A DNA stretch of 64,000 nucleotides from contig CACENB010000001.1 in the NCBI GenBank assembly GCA_902561015.1, positions 2,130 to 66,129 on the forward strand, written 5' to 3'. This document shows, piece by piece, positions 39,031 to 52,306 of this stretch. Positions within the stretch are counted from its first letter, which is position 1. Every line of letters starts with the position of its first letter. The translations under genes were made by a program, and so were the position numbers. The notes under the pieces were generated by a model. The model was not told the origin of the DNA. It did not search any database and saw only the letters and a list, made by a program, of their open reading frames with translations. Origin of the DNA: an uncultured Pelagibacteraceae bacterium (GTDB taxonomy: Bacteria; Pseudomonadota; Alphaproteobacteria; Pelagibacterales; Pelagibacteraceae).

Positions 39031-39525
39031 ATGAAATTATACAAAATAAGAAAATCAAAAATTGATAATAAAGGTCGTGGGCTCTATGCTACTAAAGATA
39101 TCCCAGAAGGTACAAAAATTATTAATTACTTAGGAAAAATAATTACAAACAAAGAGGTTGAGGAGTCAGATAAATATGACAATAAAAAACCTATTTATCT
39201 ATTTACTTTAAATAAAAAATATACTTTGGATGGTGATTTCTCATTTAATATTGCTGGATTAGTAAATCATAGTTGCGATGCTAACGCGCGTTATGATGGT
39301 AAGGGTTTAAAGATCTGGATTACAGCAGATAAAGATATTAAGAAGGGTGAAGAGATAACGTGTGATTATGGCTTTAGTTTTGATAAAGAAGATTACAAAC
39401 AATTTCCTTGTAAATGTAAATCAAAAAATTGTTGTGGTTTTATTATTCGTGAGGAAAGTAGATGGCGAATAAATAAAAAATTTGCAATGAGTAATAAAAA
39501 AAAATTAATAAATAACCCTCGTTAA
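39031..39525 (+). CDS. SET-domain protein-lysine methyltransferase with post-SET
   Basis: GRGLYA, NHSC, GEEITCDY, CKCKSKNC. Confidence 0.93.
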   Translation: MKLYKIRKSKIDNKGRGLYATKDIPEGTKIINYLGKIITNKEVEESDKYDNKKPIYLFTLNKKYTLDGDFSFNIAGLVNHSCDANARYDGKGLKIWITADKDIKKGEEITCDYGFSFDKEDYKQFPCKCKSKNCCGFIIREESRWRINKKFAMSNKKKLINNPR

Positions 39526-40245
39526 ATAAAGACCTTGTGGTGGTGCAGGCGGAGCACATAATATTCTTTTTTTAGAATTCATCACAGTTACAAATTTTTT
39601 TAAAGTCCATTTTTTTTCTCCAACATACATTAGGCAACCAACCATGGACCGGACCTGTTGTTGTAAGAAAGATTGAGATTTAAATTCTATTTCTATCTTA
39701 TCTTTTGTAGATTTAATTTTTACTGATTTCATGGTCTTTATTGGACTTTTTGCACTACAACTCGATTTTCTAAAAGTACTAAAATCTTTAGTGCCAATCA
39801 ATTTTCTTGCAGCACTTTTCATCAATTCTAAATCAAGATCTTTTATAATATGCCAGCCTCTCTTTTCATCTAAAATTGGTCTACTGATCCGATTTATAAT
39901 CACATAATTATAAATTCTCATTTTAGCTGAAAATCTAGCATGAAAATTATTATCTCTTTTTTTAATTTTAAGTATCGCTATTCCATCTTTATTTAAAAAA
40001 TGATTGATTGATTTTAAAAATCTATCAAGTTTGATAATTTTATTTTTACAATCAAAATGTGCTGACTGTTCTTTAGCATGCACCCCAACATCTAGTCTTC
40101 CAGCTCCATATATTATAGCTTTTTCTTTTAAAAGTTTTGAAATTTTGTCTTGTAATAATCCTTGAACAGTTTTTCTTTTTTTTTGAATTTGCCACCCACT
40201 AAAATTAGTGCCTACATACTCAACTAATATCTGATATCTAAACAT
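39505..40245 (-). CDS. truA: tRNA pseudouridine 38-40 synthase
   Basis: FSGWQ, AGRLDVGVHA, FHARF, FLQQQVRSMVG, APPQGL. Confidence 0.96.
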   Translation of the reverse strand: MFRYQILVEYVGTNFSGWQIQKKRKTVQGLLQDKISKLLKEKAIIYGAGRLDVGVHAKEQSAHFDCKNKIIKLDRFLKSINHFLNKDGIAILKIKKRDNNFHARFSAKMRIYNYVIINRISRPILDEKRGWHIIKDLDLELMKSAARKLIGTKDFSTFRKSSCSAKSPIKTMKSVKIKSTKDKIEIEFKSQSFLQQQVRSMVGCLMYVGEKKWTLKKFVTVMNSKKRILCAPPAPPQGLYLTRVIY

Positions 40246-41170
40246 TTGATAACTTCGAACCCTTTTTTATTTGAGAGCCCAACATAAATTCTCTAATTTT
40301 TTGTGGTCTTTTTCCTTGTCTTTGAATTTCGAGAATCTTAATAGATTGATTGTTATTACATGCTACTTCTAACTGATTTGATATTATTTTTCCCGCTTGA
40401 CCTGTACCTCTACTAATTTCGGCTTTCAAAATTTTATATCTTTCACCATTGAAATCAAAAGAAGCACCTGGAGAGGGAAATAATCCATTTATTTTTCCAA
40501 TAATTTTAGAGGCATCCTCATCCCAATTAATTTTAGACTCCTCTTTAAGAATTTTTTTTGCATAAGTTGCCTTTGAATGATCTTGATCAATAAATTTTGC
40601 TTTATCTTCAAGTATGTCATCAACATTATCTAAAATTTTTTCTGCAGCTAAAGAAGATAATTTTTCTGAAATTTCTTCAGCATTTTGATTTTGATCTATT
40701 TTTATTTTATAGATATTACTCACTGGTCCACTATCTAATTCTTCATTGATCTTCATAATGCTTATTCCTGTTTCAGGATCTAAATTCATAATTGCTCTTT
40801 GAATCGGCGCTGCTCCACGCCAGCTAGGAAGTATCGAGGCGTGAATATTTACAAAACCTTTTTTAGTTAAGTTCAAAAAATTTTTGGGAATAACTTGTCC
40901 ATATGCACATACTATTGCAAGATCAGCATTTAAATCTTCTAAAAATTTATACTCCTCGGTATTATCCTTTAGGGCCTTTGGAGTTCTATATTCTATATTT
41001 AAAGTTTCTGATATACTCTGAATTGGGCTTATATTTATTTTTTGTCCTCTATTAGATTTTTGTGGTGGCTGGGTGTATACAACCGCAATATTATAATTGT
41101 TTTGATGTAGAGATTTTAGGATAGGGACACTAAATAGTGGAGTGCCCATAAAGATAATCTTATTTGCCAT
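40238..41170 (-). CDS. fmt: Methionyl-tRNA formyltransferase
   Basis: FMGTP, NIHASILP.WRGAAPIQ, LDSG. Confidence 0.97.
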   Translation of the reverse strand: MANKIIFMGTPLFSVPILKSLHQNNYNIAVVYTQPPQKSNRGQKINISPIQSISETLNIEYRTPKALKDNTEEYKFLEDLNADLAIVCAYGQVIPKNFLNLTKKGFVNIHASILPSWRGAAPIQRAIMNLDPETGISIMKINEELDSGPVSNIYKIKIDQNQNAEEISEKLSSLAAEKILDNVDDILEDKAKFIDQDHSKATYAKKILKEESKINWDEDASKIIGKINGLFPSPGASFDFNGERYKILKAEISRGTGQAGKIISNQLEVACNNNQSIKILEIQRQGKRPQKIREFMLGSQIKKGSKLSNV

Positions 41171-41172
41171 CT

Positions 41173-41697
41173 TTAAACTACAATTCTATCTGGATTTTTT
41201 TTGATTTTTGAGATTTTTTTTATAATAAAATCTTTTTTTAATTTTGACAAATGATCGATTATTAATCTTCCGTCTAAATGATTAATTTCATGTTGAACAC
41301 AAGTTGATAAAAGTCCATCACATTTAAGATTTTTTTTTAAACCTTTTTCATCAATATACTCAACTTCACATATTTTTGGTCTTTCGATTTCAATAAATGT
41401 TTCAGGAATTGATAGACATCCTTCTTCATAAACTGACGTATCATTGCTTAATTTTTTGATTACTGGATTGATTAATGCCATTGGTTTTTTTTTTTCATCT
41501 TTATTTGAAACGTCAACAACTAAAACTCTCTTAGGTATACCCACTTGTATCGCTGCAAGACCAATCCCATTAAAGTGGTACATTGTTTCAAATAAATCTG
41601 TTATTAATTTTTTTTCATTAATTCCAAATTTTTCTATTGGCTCGGAAACTTTTTTTAACATTTCATTTGGGACAGTAATAATTTCTTTAATAGTCAT
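41173..41697 (-). CDS. def: Peptide deformylase
   Basis: GIGLAAIQ, EGCLS, QHEINHL. Confidence 0.98.
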   Translation of the reverse strand: MTIKEIITVPNEMLKKVSEPIEKFGINEKKLITDLFETMYHFNGIGLAAIQVGIPKRVLVVDVSNKDEKKKPMALINPVIKKLSNDTSVYEEGCLSIPETFIEIERPKICEVEYIDEKGLKKNLKCDGLLSTCVQHEINHLDGRLIIDHLSKLKKDFIIKKISKIKKNPDRIVV

Positions 41698-41720
41698 CAG
41701 CTTAATAAATAGACTAATTT

Positions 41721-43484
41721 TTATACTTTTAAAGGAAGAACTTTGAATAAAATTTTATTTCTTATAGAGTCAATATTTAATTGATTTAGTGCACTAATTA
41801 TAAAATAAATTGTATCCTCATCCATTCTCTCAAGTCTGTCCTGACCAATAACTTCAACAATTCTTAATAATGCAGCACCAGGTTCATTATTATTTATCAT
41901 TATTTGTATGTCAGTTGGCATTTCATTTTGGCTTATCAAGTATAAATCATCGAATTTTTCGGAAATTTTTATACCATCTGCTTTGAGAGACTCCAAAAAT
42001 ATTACATCTTTTTTAGAAAAGGAATATTTCTTGTTTTTTTTAATTTTTCTTAGAAAGTTATTTACATCTTTTTCTATCTTTGACTTTGCATAATCTCCAT
42101 TAAAATAATTTATCAATTTTGATTGGTATAGAACATCATTGTTGTATTTTATTACGTCAGGTTCATTATTATCTAATTGAATATTTGTATAATAAAAACT
42201 AGTTAAATTATCCGGTATTTCTGTTGGGTCCATCTCTTTCAGAAATTTTTTTAACTCAATATCAAAGGCATTATTTAAATTATCTTTTTGAAATGATTTC
42301 TTTAAAATTTTAAGCAATTTTAATTTTTCTATGATCTCTGACTCGAGTAAAATTTTCTGGTAAAGTAAAGCTCTTGCTTCTATATTAGATAATGATTTAT
42401 GGGACTCATGGGCAGTTAAAAGTTGATTGATACTAAATTGAAACCTCATATAAATTTTAAACAACTCCTCTTCTGAATAATTTTTATTATGAACTGCCTT
42501 TTCAATATTTGAAATCTTATCAAGTTCTGTAATTTCAATTTCTTTAAAGGATGATAGCAAATTTGCTGATGACAAATATTTCCAAATAATCTTAGCTGTT
42601 TTTTCATCTGGCTCAAATTCAAAATTTGGATTTGTTTTATGTGCAAGGTGAAAATCAAAAATTGATTTTTCAGATATTGTACCATCAATTTCTTTAGTAT
42701 AACCAAGTAAATAATTTATTTTATTTTCAAAATATTTTTCTTTAAAGCCCAATTCTTTTTTTAAATCTAATTTTAATAAAGCTTCTTCAGTCTTTCCATC
42801 ATTTATAAGACAATATAAATTAAATTTTGAGAGATATTTGTCTGTGATAGGTTTTGAATTTCCTGAAAATATATCGCAAGCTTTATCCAATTTAAACTCA
42901 GATATATAATGATCAATAAAAAACTTAGAAAGTTTTGGGTCATCATTAAGAATCGCATTTTTATTTAAATAATCTTTGATTAAATCAAAATTTGAGTTCT
43001 TTATTAACCAGTCAGATTTTAAACTCAAAAATTCTTTCTCAGTAATATTTTTTCTAGGATAGTGCGCATTTATTAAAATTGATATATTCATCAACTCAGA
43101 AGCATCTTCAGAAAGATCTATTTTTGCAATTCTGCTAAATAAATTCTTTAACTGATAACCATCTGAGTTACTCCACATATTTATATCTAAATCATAATCT
43201 TCAGGATCATATAAACCGGTAATCTTTATCATCTTTGAGTCTAAAGATGTATCTTGAATGATACCTAAAGTTTCATCACTAGAATCTTTTTTGTAAATAC
43301 TTATTTCGCTTGAAGAATTATTAATTTTATCGACTGGTATACTTGATTGAGAATTTTGACTCTTTTTTTCCACATCCATATTCCAAATATCTATGGGCTT
43401 ATCCGAAGAATGTGAATTAAAAGAAGTAAATAATATAAAAATAATAATTACAAATTTTTTACTTAACAATTTTAAACTTTTCAT
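41721..43484 (-). CDS. Hypothetical exported alpha-helical protein (587 aa)
   Basis: Long ORF with signal-peptide-like N-terminus; no catalytic motif recognised. Confidence 0.8.
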   Translation of the reverse strand: MKSLKLLSKKFVIIIFILFTSFNSHSSDKPIDIWNMDVEKKSQNSQSSIPVDKINNSSSEISIYKKDSSDETLGIIQDTSLDSKMIKITGLYDPEDYDLDINMWSNSDGYQLKNLFSRIAKIDLSEDASELMNISILINAHYPRKNITEKEFLSLKSDWLIKNSNFDLIKDYLNKNAILNDDPKLSKFFIDHYISEFKLDKACDIFSGNSKPITDKYLSKFNLYCLINDGKTEEALLKLDLKKELGFKEKYFENKINYLLGYTKEIDGTISEKSIFDFHLAHKTNPNFEFEPDEKTAKIIWKYLSSANLLSSFKEIEITELDKISNIEKAVHNKNYSEEELFKIYMRFQFSINQLLTAHESHKSLSNIEARALLYQKILLESEIIEKLKLLKILKKSFQKDNLNNAFDIELKKFLKEMDPTEIPDNLTSFYYTNIQLDNNEPDVIKYNNDVLYQSKLINYFNGDYAKSKIEKDVNNFLRKIKKNKKYSFSKKDVIFLESLKADGIKISEKFDDLYLISQNEMPTDIQIMINNNEPGAALLRIVEVIGQDRLERMDEDTIYFIISALNQLNIDSIRNKILFKVLPLKV

Positions 43485-43638
43485 TGGGAATTATTTTTTG
43501 AATATCTTTTTTTGGCGCTGGAAAATCGATCCTATTTAAAAAGAAAACAATTCCAAGAGTAAATAGTAATATTAAAGTTATTTTTATTACTATCCCAGTT
43601 AAACTTTTTCTTGAACTTGTTTTTTTATAAAATTGCAT
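43459..43638 (-). CDS. Putative 59-aa single-TM protein (not in ORF track)
   Basis: MQFYKKTSSRKSLTGIVIKITLILLFTLGIVFFLNRIDFPAPKKDIQKIIPNEKFKIVK; overlaps the start of the 587-aa ORF. Confidence 0.75.
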   Translation of the reverse strand: MQFYKKTSSRKSLTGIVIKITLILLFTLGIVFFLNRIDFPAPKKDIQKIIPNEKFKIVK

Positions 43639-43695
43639 ATAAATTTAAGTATTTTCAAATTAAGACATATTTGTGTTTTTTCAATAAAGAAACTT

Positions 43696-44220
43696 ATGGA
43701 ATCAAAAAAAAATATAGTATTTTTAGGAATGATGGGATCTGGTAAAACCAGTATTGGAATATTGGTTTCAAAAAAACTAAATTTACAGTTTTATGATATA
43801 GACCAAATTATTGAGAAAGACTTGGGAATGAGTATATCAGAGATTTTCCAAAAAAAAGGAGAGAAATTTTTTAGAAATGTTGAGGAAAAAATTACACTAA
43901 AGTTTTTGAAAAAAAAAAATATAGTAGTATCTTTAGGTGGTGGTGCTTTTATCAATAAAAAAATTAGAGAGGAAATCCAAAAAAATCATTTTTCTTTCTG
44001 GTTAAACTGGAATCCAGACACATTAATTCAAAGGATCCAAAAAAACACAAAAAGACCTATAGCTCTCAGATCTTCTCCAAATCAATTGATTGATTTAATA
44101 AAAAAAAGGTCCATGGTTTATTCTAAATCCAAATATAAAATTAATTGTGAAAAATTATCTAAAAATGAGATAGTAAATGAAGTTATTAATACATATGAAA
44201 ATAAAAAGACTATTAGTTAG
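43696..44220 (+). CDS. aroK: Shikimate kinase
   Basis: GMMGSGKT, GEKFFR, SLGGG; ATG at 43696. Confidence 0.95.
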   Translation: MESKKNIVFLGMMGSGKTSIGILVSKKLNLQFYDIDQIIEKDLGMSISEIFQKKGEKFFRNVEEKITLKFLKKKNIVVSLGGGAFINKKIREEIQKNHFSFWLNWNPDTLIQRIQKNTKRPIALRSSPNQLIDLIKKRSMVYSKSKYKINCEKLSKNEIVNEVINTYENKKTIS

Positions 44221-45301
44221 CACAAATCGAGAGAAATACCCAATATTAATTGGCTCAAAACTTATATTAAATTTAAAAAAAATTATTGCTAATGAGTCAA
44301 TTAATTTTATGAAATGTCTAATCATTGTTGACAAAAATGTTCCAAGAAAAAAAGTTAATATTATAAAAAAAAAATTAAACAAAAGAGAAACGTATTTACA
44401 TTTTATTAAAGCAAACGAAAAAAATAAAAATCAATGGACAACTAATAAAATTTTAGAAATATTATTAAAAAGAAATTTTTCAAGAGAAGACATTTTGATA
44501 AGTGTTGGCGGTGGTATAACTGGTGATATTGCTGGATATGCTGCAAGTATATTCAAAAGAGGTTTAAAATTCATAAATATACCAACAACTCTTTTAGCTC
44601 AGGTTGACTCCTCAATAGGAGGTAAAACTGGAGTGAACACAAAACATGGAAAAAATCTCATTGGAAGTTTTTACCAGCCTAAATTAGTGATAAGTGATAC
44701 TGATTTTTTAAACACTCTTCCAAAAAGAGAAACTATATGTGGTTACGGAGAAATTTTAAAACATTCTATAATTTCAAATAAAAAATTTTTTCAATTCCTA
44801 AACAATAATTTTGAGAAAATTTTAAAATTCAAATCTCCGTATATTGAAAAAGCTATTTATGAGAGTTGCAAAATTAAAAAAAAAGTAGTTGAAAAAGACG
44901 AGAAAGAAAAAAACATAAGGAAAATTTTAAATTTTGGTCATACCTTCGCACATGCTTATGAGGCAAGCTTAAACTTTTCTAGGAAATTGAACCACGGTGA
45001 AGCTGTTATCTTAGGAATAACTACAGCTCTTAAATTTAGTAGATTAAATAATTATTTATCCTCAAATGAATTTGAAATTATTATAAAACATATAGAAAGT
45101 TTTGGTTTACCAAATAACATAAAAAAGTATTTTTTCTTAAAAGATGTAAATAAAATTATATCGTTTATGATGAATGATAAAAAAAATACTTCTAATAAAA
45201 TAAATTTAATATTATTAAAAAAAATTGGAAAGCCTTTAATGAACGTTAATTTTGACAAAAAAAAAATAAAAATGTTTTTAAACAGAGAGCTAGCTAATTA
45301 A
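44195..45301 (+). CDS. aroB: 3-dehydroquinate synthase
   Basis: GGGITGD, PTTLLAQVDSSIGGKTG, LNFGHT, HGEAV. Confidence 0.97.
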   Translation: MKIKRLLVSTNREKYPILIGSKLILNLKKIIANESINFMKCLIIVDKNVPRKKVNIIKKKLNKRETYLHFIKANEKNKNQWTTNKILEILLKRNFSREDILISVGGGITGDIAGYAASIFKRGLKFINIPTTLLAQVDSSIGGKTGVNTKHGKNLIGSFYQPKLVISDTDFLNTLPKRETICGYGEILKHSIISNKKFFQFLNNNFEKILKFKSPYIEKAIYESCKIKKKVVEKDEKEKNIRKILNFGHTFAHAYEASLNFSRKLNHGEAVILGITTALKFSRLNNYLSSNEFEIIIKHIESFGLPNNIKKYFFLKDVNKIISFMMNDKKNTSNKINLILLKKIGKPLMNVNFDKKKIKMFLNRELAN

Positions 45302-45550
45302 GATTTGAATAGAGTGAATATAATTTTTGAGTTCTGTATCTAAAATTTTATAAATTTTTTTATTACTTTGAATTCTACTCATTTTGGAGAGTTCTTTTGA
45401 ATTAATCAAAATTTTCAAGTGAAATTTTTTTTTGTCATTACCTTTGTGACCAACATGAAGAAATGACTTATCTTCAATTTTGATATCCTGCATAATAATT
45501 TTTTTCTTTAATTTTTCTTTTACGATTGCAATTAAGTTATTTATATTCAT
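45290..45550 (-). CDS. bolA: BolA family protein
   Basis: EDKSFLHVGH...IHSI; synteny with the J-domain gene and cobS. Confidence 0.8.
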   Translation of the reverse strand: MNINNLIAIVKEKLKKKIIMQDIKIEDKSFLHVGHKGNDKKKFHLKILINSKELSKMSRIQSNKKIYKILDTELKNYIHSIQILIS

Positions 45551-45567
45551 TATATATTTATTATATC

Positions 45568-46095
45568 ATGAAAAATATTTGTGATTGGAATAATTGTAAA
45601 GAGTTAGGTGAATATAGAGCGCCTATTGAGAGAGATAATAGTAAAAAGTTCAGAATGTTATGCTTAAAACATGTAAAAGAATTTAATAAAAATTGGAATT
45701 ATTTTTCAGGCATGAACGATAATCAAATAATGAATTTTTTAAAATCAGATATGACTTGGCATAAGCCTACTCAAAGCTTTAGCTCTTCAGATAATTTCTT
45801 TAAAGTATTATGGAATAACACCTTAAAAGATGAATTTGATAATAAAAAAATTAAAAGTAATTTTAATTATATGCGTCAATTTAAATTTGATCATAAGGAT
45901 ATAAAAGCTTTTGAAATACTTGGATTGTCAGTGGGTATGAAATGGATGAAAATTCAGGAAAAATTCAAAACACTTGTCAAAAAATTTCACCCTGATATGA
46001 ATTTAGGAAATAAAAAATATGAAGAAAAACTTAAGTTAATAACACTTGCGTACACCCAATTAAAAAATACTTATAGAGAAAAAATTGACACCTAA
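45568..46095 (+). CDS. C-terminal J-domain protein with N-terminal Cys motif
   Basis: CDWNNC...YRAP...[15 protein letters not shown], and LVKKFHPD. Confidence 0.9.
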   Translation: MKNICDWNNCKELGEYRAPIERDNSKKFRMLCLKHVKEFNKNWNYFSGMNDNQIMNFLKSDMTWHKPTQSFSSSDNFFKVLWNNTLKDEFDNKKIKSNFNYMRQFKFDHKDIKAFEILGLSVGMKWMKIQEKFKTLVKKFHPDMNLGNKKYEEKLKLITLAYTQLKNTYREKIDT

Positions 46096-47059
46096 TATTG
46101 ACAATCAGCCGGATATAAAAGTTTCGATTAAACAAACTTTTGGGATAGACTCAGAAATGGAAGTCGAAGCGTTTTCAAAGAAAAATGATTACGTGCCTGA
46201 AATTGATAAAAACTATAAATTTGATAGAGATACAACTTTAGCTATAATTTCTGGATTTGCGTTCAATAAGAGAGTGCTTGTTCAAGGTTATCATGGCACA
46301 GGAAAATCTACTCATATTGAACAAATTGCTGCAAGATTAAATTGGCCATGCATCAGGGTAAATCTTGATAGTCATATTAGTAGAATTGATCTAATTGGTA
46401 AAGACGCAATTGTTTTAAAAGATGGTAAACAAGTTACTGAATTTAAAGAAGGAATTCTTCCTTGGTCAATACAAAACCCCATCGCTTTAGTCTTTGATGA
46501 GTATGATGCTGGTAGACCAGATGTAATGTTTGTCATTCAGAGAGTGCTTGAGTCAGAAGGGAATTTTACACTTCTTGATAAAAATAAAGTTTTAAAACAA
46601 AATAAATATTTTAGATTGTTTGCAACTTCTAATACTGTAGGACTTGGTGATACGAGTGGACTTTACCATGGTACACAACAAATAAATCAAGGTCAAATGG
46701 ATAGGTGGAATATTGTAACAACTCTTAACTACTTAAGTTTAGATAAAGAAATGGATATTATATTAGCTAAAAATAAATCTTTAAATAATCCTAAAGGAAA
46801 AGAGAAAGTTTCAAATATGATAAAAGTTGCATCCTTAACTCGAAAAGGATTTATTTCTGGAGATATAAGTACTGTAATGAGTCCAAGAACAGTACTGCAT
46901 TGGGCTGAAAATGCAGAAATATTTAGAGATGTAGGATACGCATTTAGAGTCACTTTTCTAAATAAATGTGATGAAATTGAAAAAAATATAATTGCAGAAT
47001 ACTACCAAAGATGTTTCGGAGAAGAACTACCGGAGTCACTAGCAAACATTCAAATTTAA
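46085..47059 (+). CDS. cobS: CobS-type AAA+ ATPase (MoxR-like)
   Basis: [29 protein letters not shown]; TTG start. Confidence 0.94.
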   Translation: MTPNIDNQPDIKVSIKQTFGIDSEMEVEAFSKKNDYVPEIDKNYKFDRDTTLAIISGFAFNKRVLVQGYHGTGKSTHIEQIAARLNWPCIRVNLDSHISRIDLIGKDAIVLKDGKQVTEFKEGILPWSIQNPIALVFDEYDAGRPDVMFVIQRVLESEGNFTLLDKNKVLKQNKYFRLFATSNTVGLGDTSGLYHGTQQINQGQMDRWNIVTTLNYLSLDKEMDIILAKNKSLNNPKGKEKVSNMIKVASLTRKGFISGDISTVMSPRTVLHWAENAEIFRDVGYAFRVTFLNKCDEIEKNIIAEYYQRCFGEELPESLANIQI

Positions 47060-48859
47060 ATGAAAAATAATAAGGCTGAAAACTTAAGAGAAAAACTTAA
47101 GCAAGCTTTAACTTCAACAGCAAGAGTGATTTCAGACGATATTAATCTTAAGAATATTGATGAAAAAAATAAAAAAGACTTGAATTTTGTAAATATTGAA
47201 AATCTTAACTCAAAAGAAGATTTCATTAAAGCTAGAGCAGAGTCTGACTCGTCTGCCTTAAAAAAAAAGTTCTCAAGTGATGTAATTTACAAAAAGAATT
47301 TACCTTTAAATTCTTCATATAAGTCTCTTTATTCTATCGCAGAAAAAGTAAGGTATGAGTGCCTGGGCTCAAAAATGTTAAAAGGGATAGAAAAAAATCT
47401 TAAAGAAAATTATAGTCAAATAATCAAATTAAAAAGAAAAGACCAACTAAATTCAAAAGAAGATGTACCGGTAGTAGAGGCTTTTGAATTGTATATGTTA
47501 AAGAGATTTCTGAATGTAAAATTAAATACCTTAAACAGTAATATATTAAATTTTTGGGAGAAAGACTTCGATAAAGTAATGGATAAACACATTGAATTTT
47601 TAAAAGAAAATTTAGAATATCAAAATGAATATTCTTTAAAGTTTTCAGAAATATTAAAAGAAATGGATATTTTTAAAAATGAGGACAATAGAGAGACCAG
47701 GGAAGAAAACCAAGATGATGGTCAAAATAATCCATCCCATGATGATCAAGATAATAATTCTGATGACTTTAGAGATGAAAATAAAAATGAACAAACCGAA
47801 GCTGGTTTAGACGCTGAATATGACATAGACGAGTACAAACTTGATGAGCAACTAATTGATAGTGAGTCTGATCAACAAAATAACGTGCAAACTATTCAAA
47901 AAAAAACAATTAGAGATTTAAATACAGACTATAAAATTTTTACGACTCAGTTTGATGAAATTATTAAGGCAGAAAATTTAGAAAACTCCGATGAAGCTTC
48001 AAAATTAAGAAAAACTTTAGATCAGCAGTTAATAAGTTTCCAGGACGTTATTACCAAACTTGCGAACAAACTTCAAAGACAGCTGTTGGCAAAGCAAAAT
48101 AGAGCCTGGGAGTTTGATTTAGAGGAAGGGTTATTGGATAGTTCAAAACTACCAAGGATAATAATGAACCCTTATAATTCATTATCTTTTAAAAAAGAAA
48201 AAGATTTAGATTTTAAAGACACTGTCGTTACTCTTTTAATAGATAACTCAGGGTCTATGAGAGGACGTCCAATTACAATTGCTGCAATTTGCGCTGATAT
48301 TTTATCAAGAACCTTAGAAAGATGTTCTGTTAAAGTTGAAATATTGGGTTTCACAACTAAAAATTGGAAAGGTGGAAAAAGTAGAGAGTTTTGGAATAGA
48401 GAGGGTAAACCAAAAACACCGGGTAGATTAAATGATTTAAGACACATAATTTATAAAGGTGCTGATACACATTGGCGACAATGTAAAAATAATCTTGGTT
48501 TAATGTTAAAAGAAGGATTATTAAAAGAAAATATTGATGGAGAAGCAATTTCTTGGGCATTTAATCGATTAAAAAAAAGAAAAGAAGAAAGAAAAATATT
48601 AATGGTAATTTCTGATGGAGCACCAGTTGATGACTCAACCCTGTCAGTCAATTCAGGAGATTTTCTTGAAAAACATTTAAAGAAAATTGTGAAATTTATC
48701 GAAGAAAAAACTGAAACTGAAATTTTAGCGATTGGAATAGGCCATGATGTATCAAGATACTATAATCGAGCGATAAAAATTACGGATGTCAATGAATTGG
48801 GAGATGTCATGATTTCTCAATTGAGTGAACTTTTTAAAAGTAAAAAAAATTTACATTAA
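47060..48859 (+). CDS. cobT: CobT-type vWA protein
   Basis: Acidic linker, [33 protein letters not shown]. Confidence 0.94.
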   Translation: MKNNKAENLREKLKQALTSTARVISDDINLKNIDEKNKKDLNFVNIENLNSKEDFIKARAESDSSALKKKFSSDVIYKKNLPLNSSYKSLYSIAEKVRYECLGSKMLKGIEKNLKENYSQIIKLKRKDQLNSKEDVPVVEAFELYMLKRFLNVKLNTLNSNILNFWEKDFDKVMDKHIEFLKENLEYQNEYSLKFSEILKEMDIFKNEDNRETREENQDDGQNNPSHDDQDNNSDDFRDENKNEQTEAGLDAEYDIDEYKLDEQLIDSESDQQNNVQTIQKKTIRDLNTDYKIFTTQFDEIIKAENLENSDEASKLRKTLDQQLISFQDVITKLANKLQRQLLAKQNRAWEFDLEEGLLDSSKLPRIIMNPYNSLSFKKEKDLDFKDTVVTLLIDNSGSMRGRPITIAAICADILSRTLERCSVKVEILGFTTKNWKGGKSREFWNREGKPKTPGRLNDLRHIIYKGADTHWRQCKNNLGLMLKEGLLKENIDGEAISWAFNRLKKRKEERKILMVISDGAPVDDSTLSVNSGDFLEKHLKKIVKFIEEKTETEILAIGIGHDVSRYYNRAIKITDVNELGDVMISQLSELFKSKKNLH

Positions 48860-50124
48860 AGATTGAACAAATCTTTATTTTTCCACTTTATTGTCACTTC
48901 GGCACCACTTCTTGTTTGAGAATTCCAACAATTAACGGTGGCAAAATTTTTTTCTAATAAAGTCTTTCCTATAAATAATCCTAAACCTAATCCACTATTT
49001 TTATCAGTTGATTTTAGATAAGGTTCTCCTATTTTTGAAAGAATGTCATTTGAGTATCCCTCGCCATCATCCTCAATGGTCACAATAGTATTTTCGGTAT
49101 TTGATTTTAAATTTATATAAATTTTATTTTTGCAAAATTTATTTGCATTACCTATGAAATTTCTAAGACCATAAACTATTTCTATTGATTTGGTTATTTT
49201 TTTTGAGTGCGCATCTTGCTCAAAATTAAAATTAAACTTATTTTTACTAGTTTCTTTGAAAGAGGATATTATCTCTTTAAGATAACCTCTCATAGTCAAA
49301 TCCTCATCAATAAAATTATCCTCTACATCAGGATTTAATGATAACTTTTTTAAAATTTGATTACATCTCTCGACCTGACTTGAGAGTAACTCAATATCCT
49401 GAATTACATCTTTTTGATTTTTTAATTGTTTTGTTAATTCTTGTGAAATTATTTTAATTGTAGATAAAGGCGTTCCAAGAGAATGGGCTGCCGCTGCTGC
49501 TTGACCTCCTAAAGATAACATTTCATGTTCTTTTGCCATAATTTCTTCCATTTTGTTTAAAGCTTCTTTTCTTAATCTTGATTCTCTTCCAAAGATTATT
49601 GCAAAATAATTTAAAAATATTAATGCTATAATCAAAGAAATAGGTATTGAATAATAAATATAATCACTTATGTGAAAGTGGTTGGCTAATGGATATGGTA
49701 AATCTCTTGCGTAAAATGTGAGAAAAATAATCATAATACAGGTTATCAAAACTATTAATAAGTTAGTTTTTAATCCAAGATTAGTTGAAGCAAAAATACT
49801 TGGTATAATTATAAAGATTATAAAAGGATTTTTTGCGCCTCCAGTTAAATAAATTAAAACAGTTAATTGAATAATATCAAAAAGTAAAAATATTAAAGCT
49901 GACCTATCTGATAGCTGAGTTTTTTTATAGATAAAGATTAAATATAAATTACTTAATACCCCAAAAAAAATTATTAAATTGGTAAGAAAAAAATCAAATT
50001 TGAAACCAAAATAAAAATGAACTAAATAAATAGAAATTAATTGACCAATGACTCCAATCCATCTTAGATTTATATATGTAGATTTTTTAAGAGAATAATA
50101 CTTTGAGTCCTCAAAGAACCTCAT
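48856..50124 (-). CDS. regB: RegB/PrrB/ActS-family redox sensor histidine kinase
   Basis: [33 protein letters not shown]. Confidence 0.92.
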   Translation of the reverse strand: MRFFEDSKYYSLKKSTYINLRWIGVIGQLISIYLVHFYFGFKFDFFLTNLIIFFGVLSNLYLIFIYKKTQLSDRSALIFLLFDIIQLTVLIYLTGGAKNPFIIFIIIPSIFASTNLGLKTNLLIVLITCIMIIFLTFYARDLPYPLANHFHISDYIYYSIPISLIIALIFLNYFAIIFGRESRLRKEALNKMEEIMAKEHEMLSLGGQAAAAAHSLGTPLSTIKIISQELTKQLKNQKDVIQDIELLSSQVERCNQILKKLSLNPDVEDNFIDEDLTMRGYLKEIISSFKETSKNKFNFNFEQDAHSKKITKSIEIVYGLRNFIGNANKFCKNKIYINLKSNTENTIVTIEDDGEGYSNDILSKIGEPYLKSTDKNSGLGLGLFIGKTLLEKNFATVNCWNSQTRSGAEVTIKWKNKDLFNL

Positions 50125-50126
50125 TT

Positions 50127-52229
<2,103 letters not shown>

Positions 52230-52306
52230 TTAAATTTTTGTTCACTTATCATTAGGTTGTTGAATTTAAATCGTTAAATAAAGCTTGAAAATATTGGCTT
52301 TTTACA

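Noticed and set aside
46085-48859. Evidence of cobalamin biosynthesis
   Set aside because: No cobN or other cob genes in the window; the homology alone is insufficient
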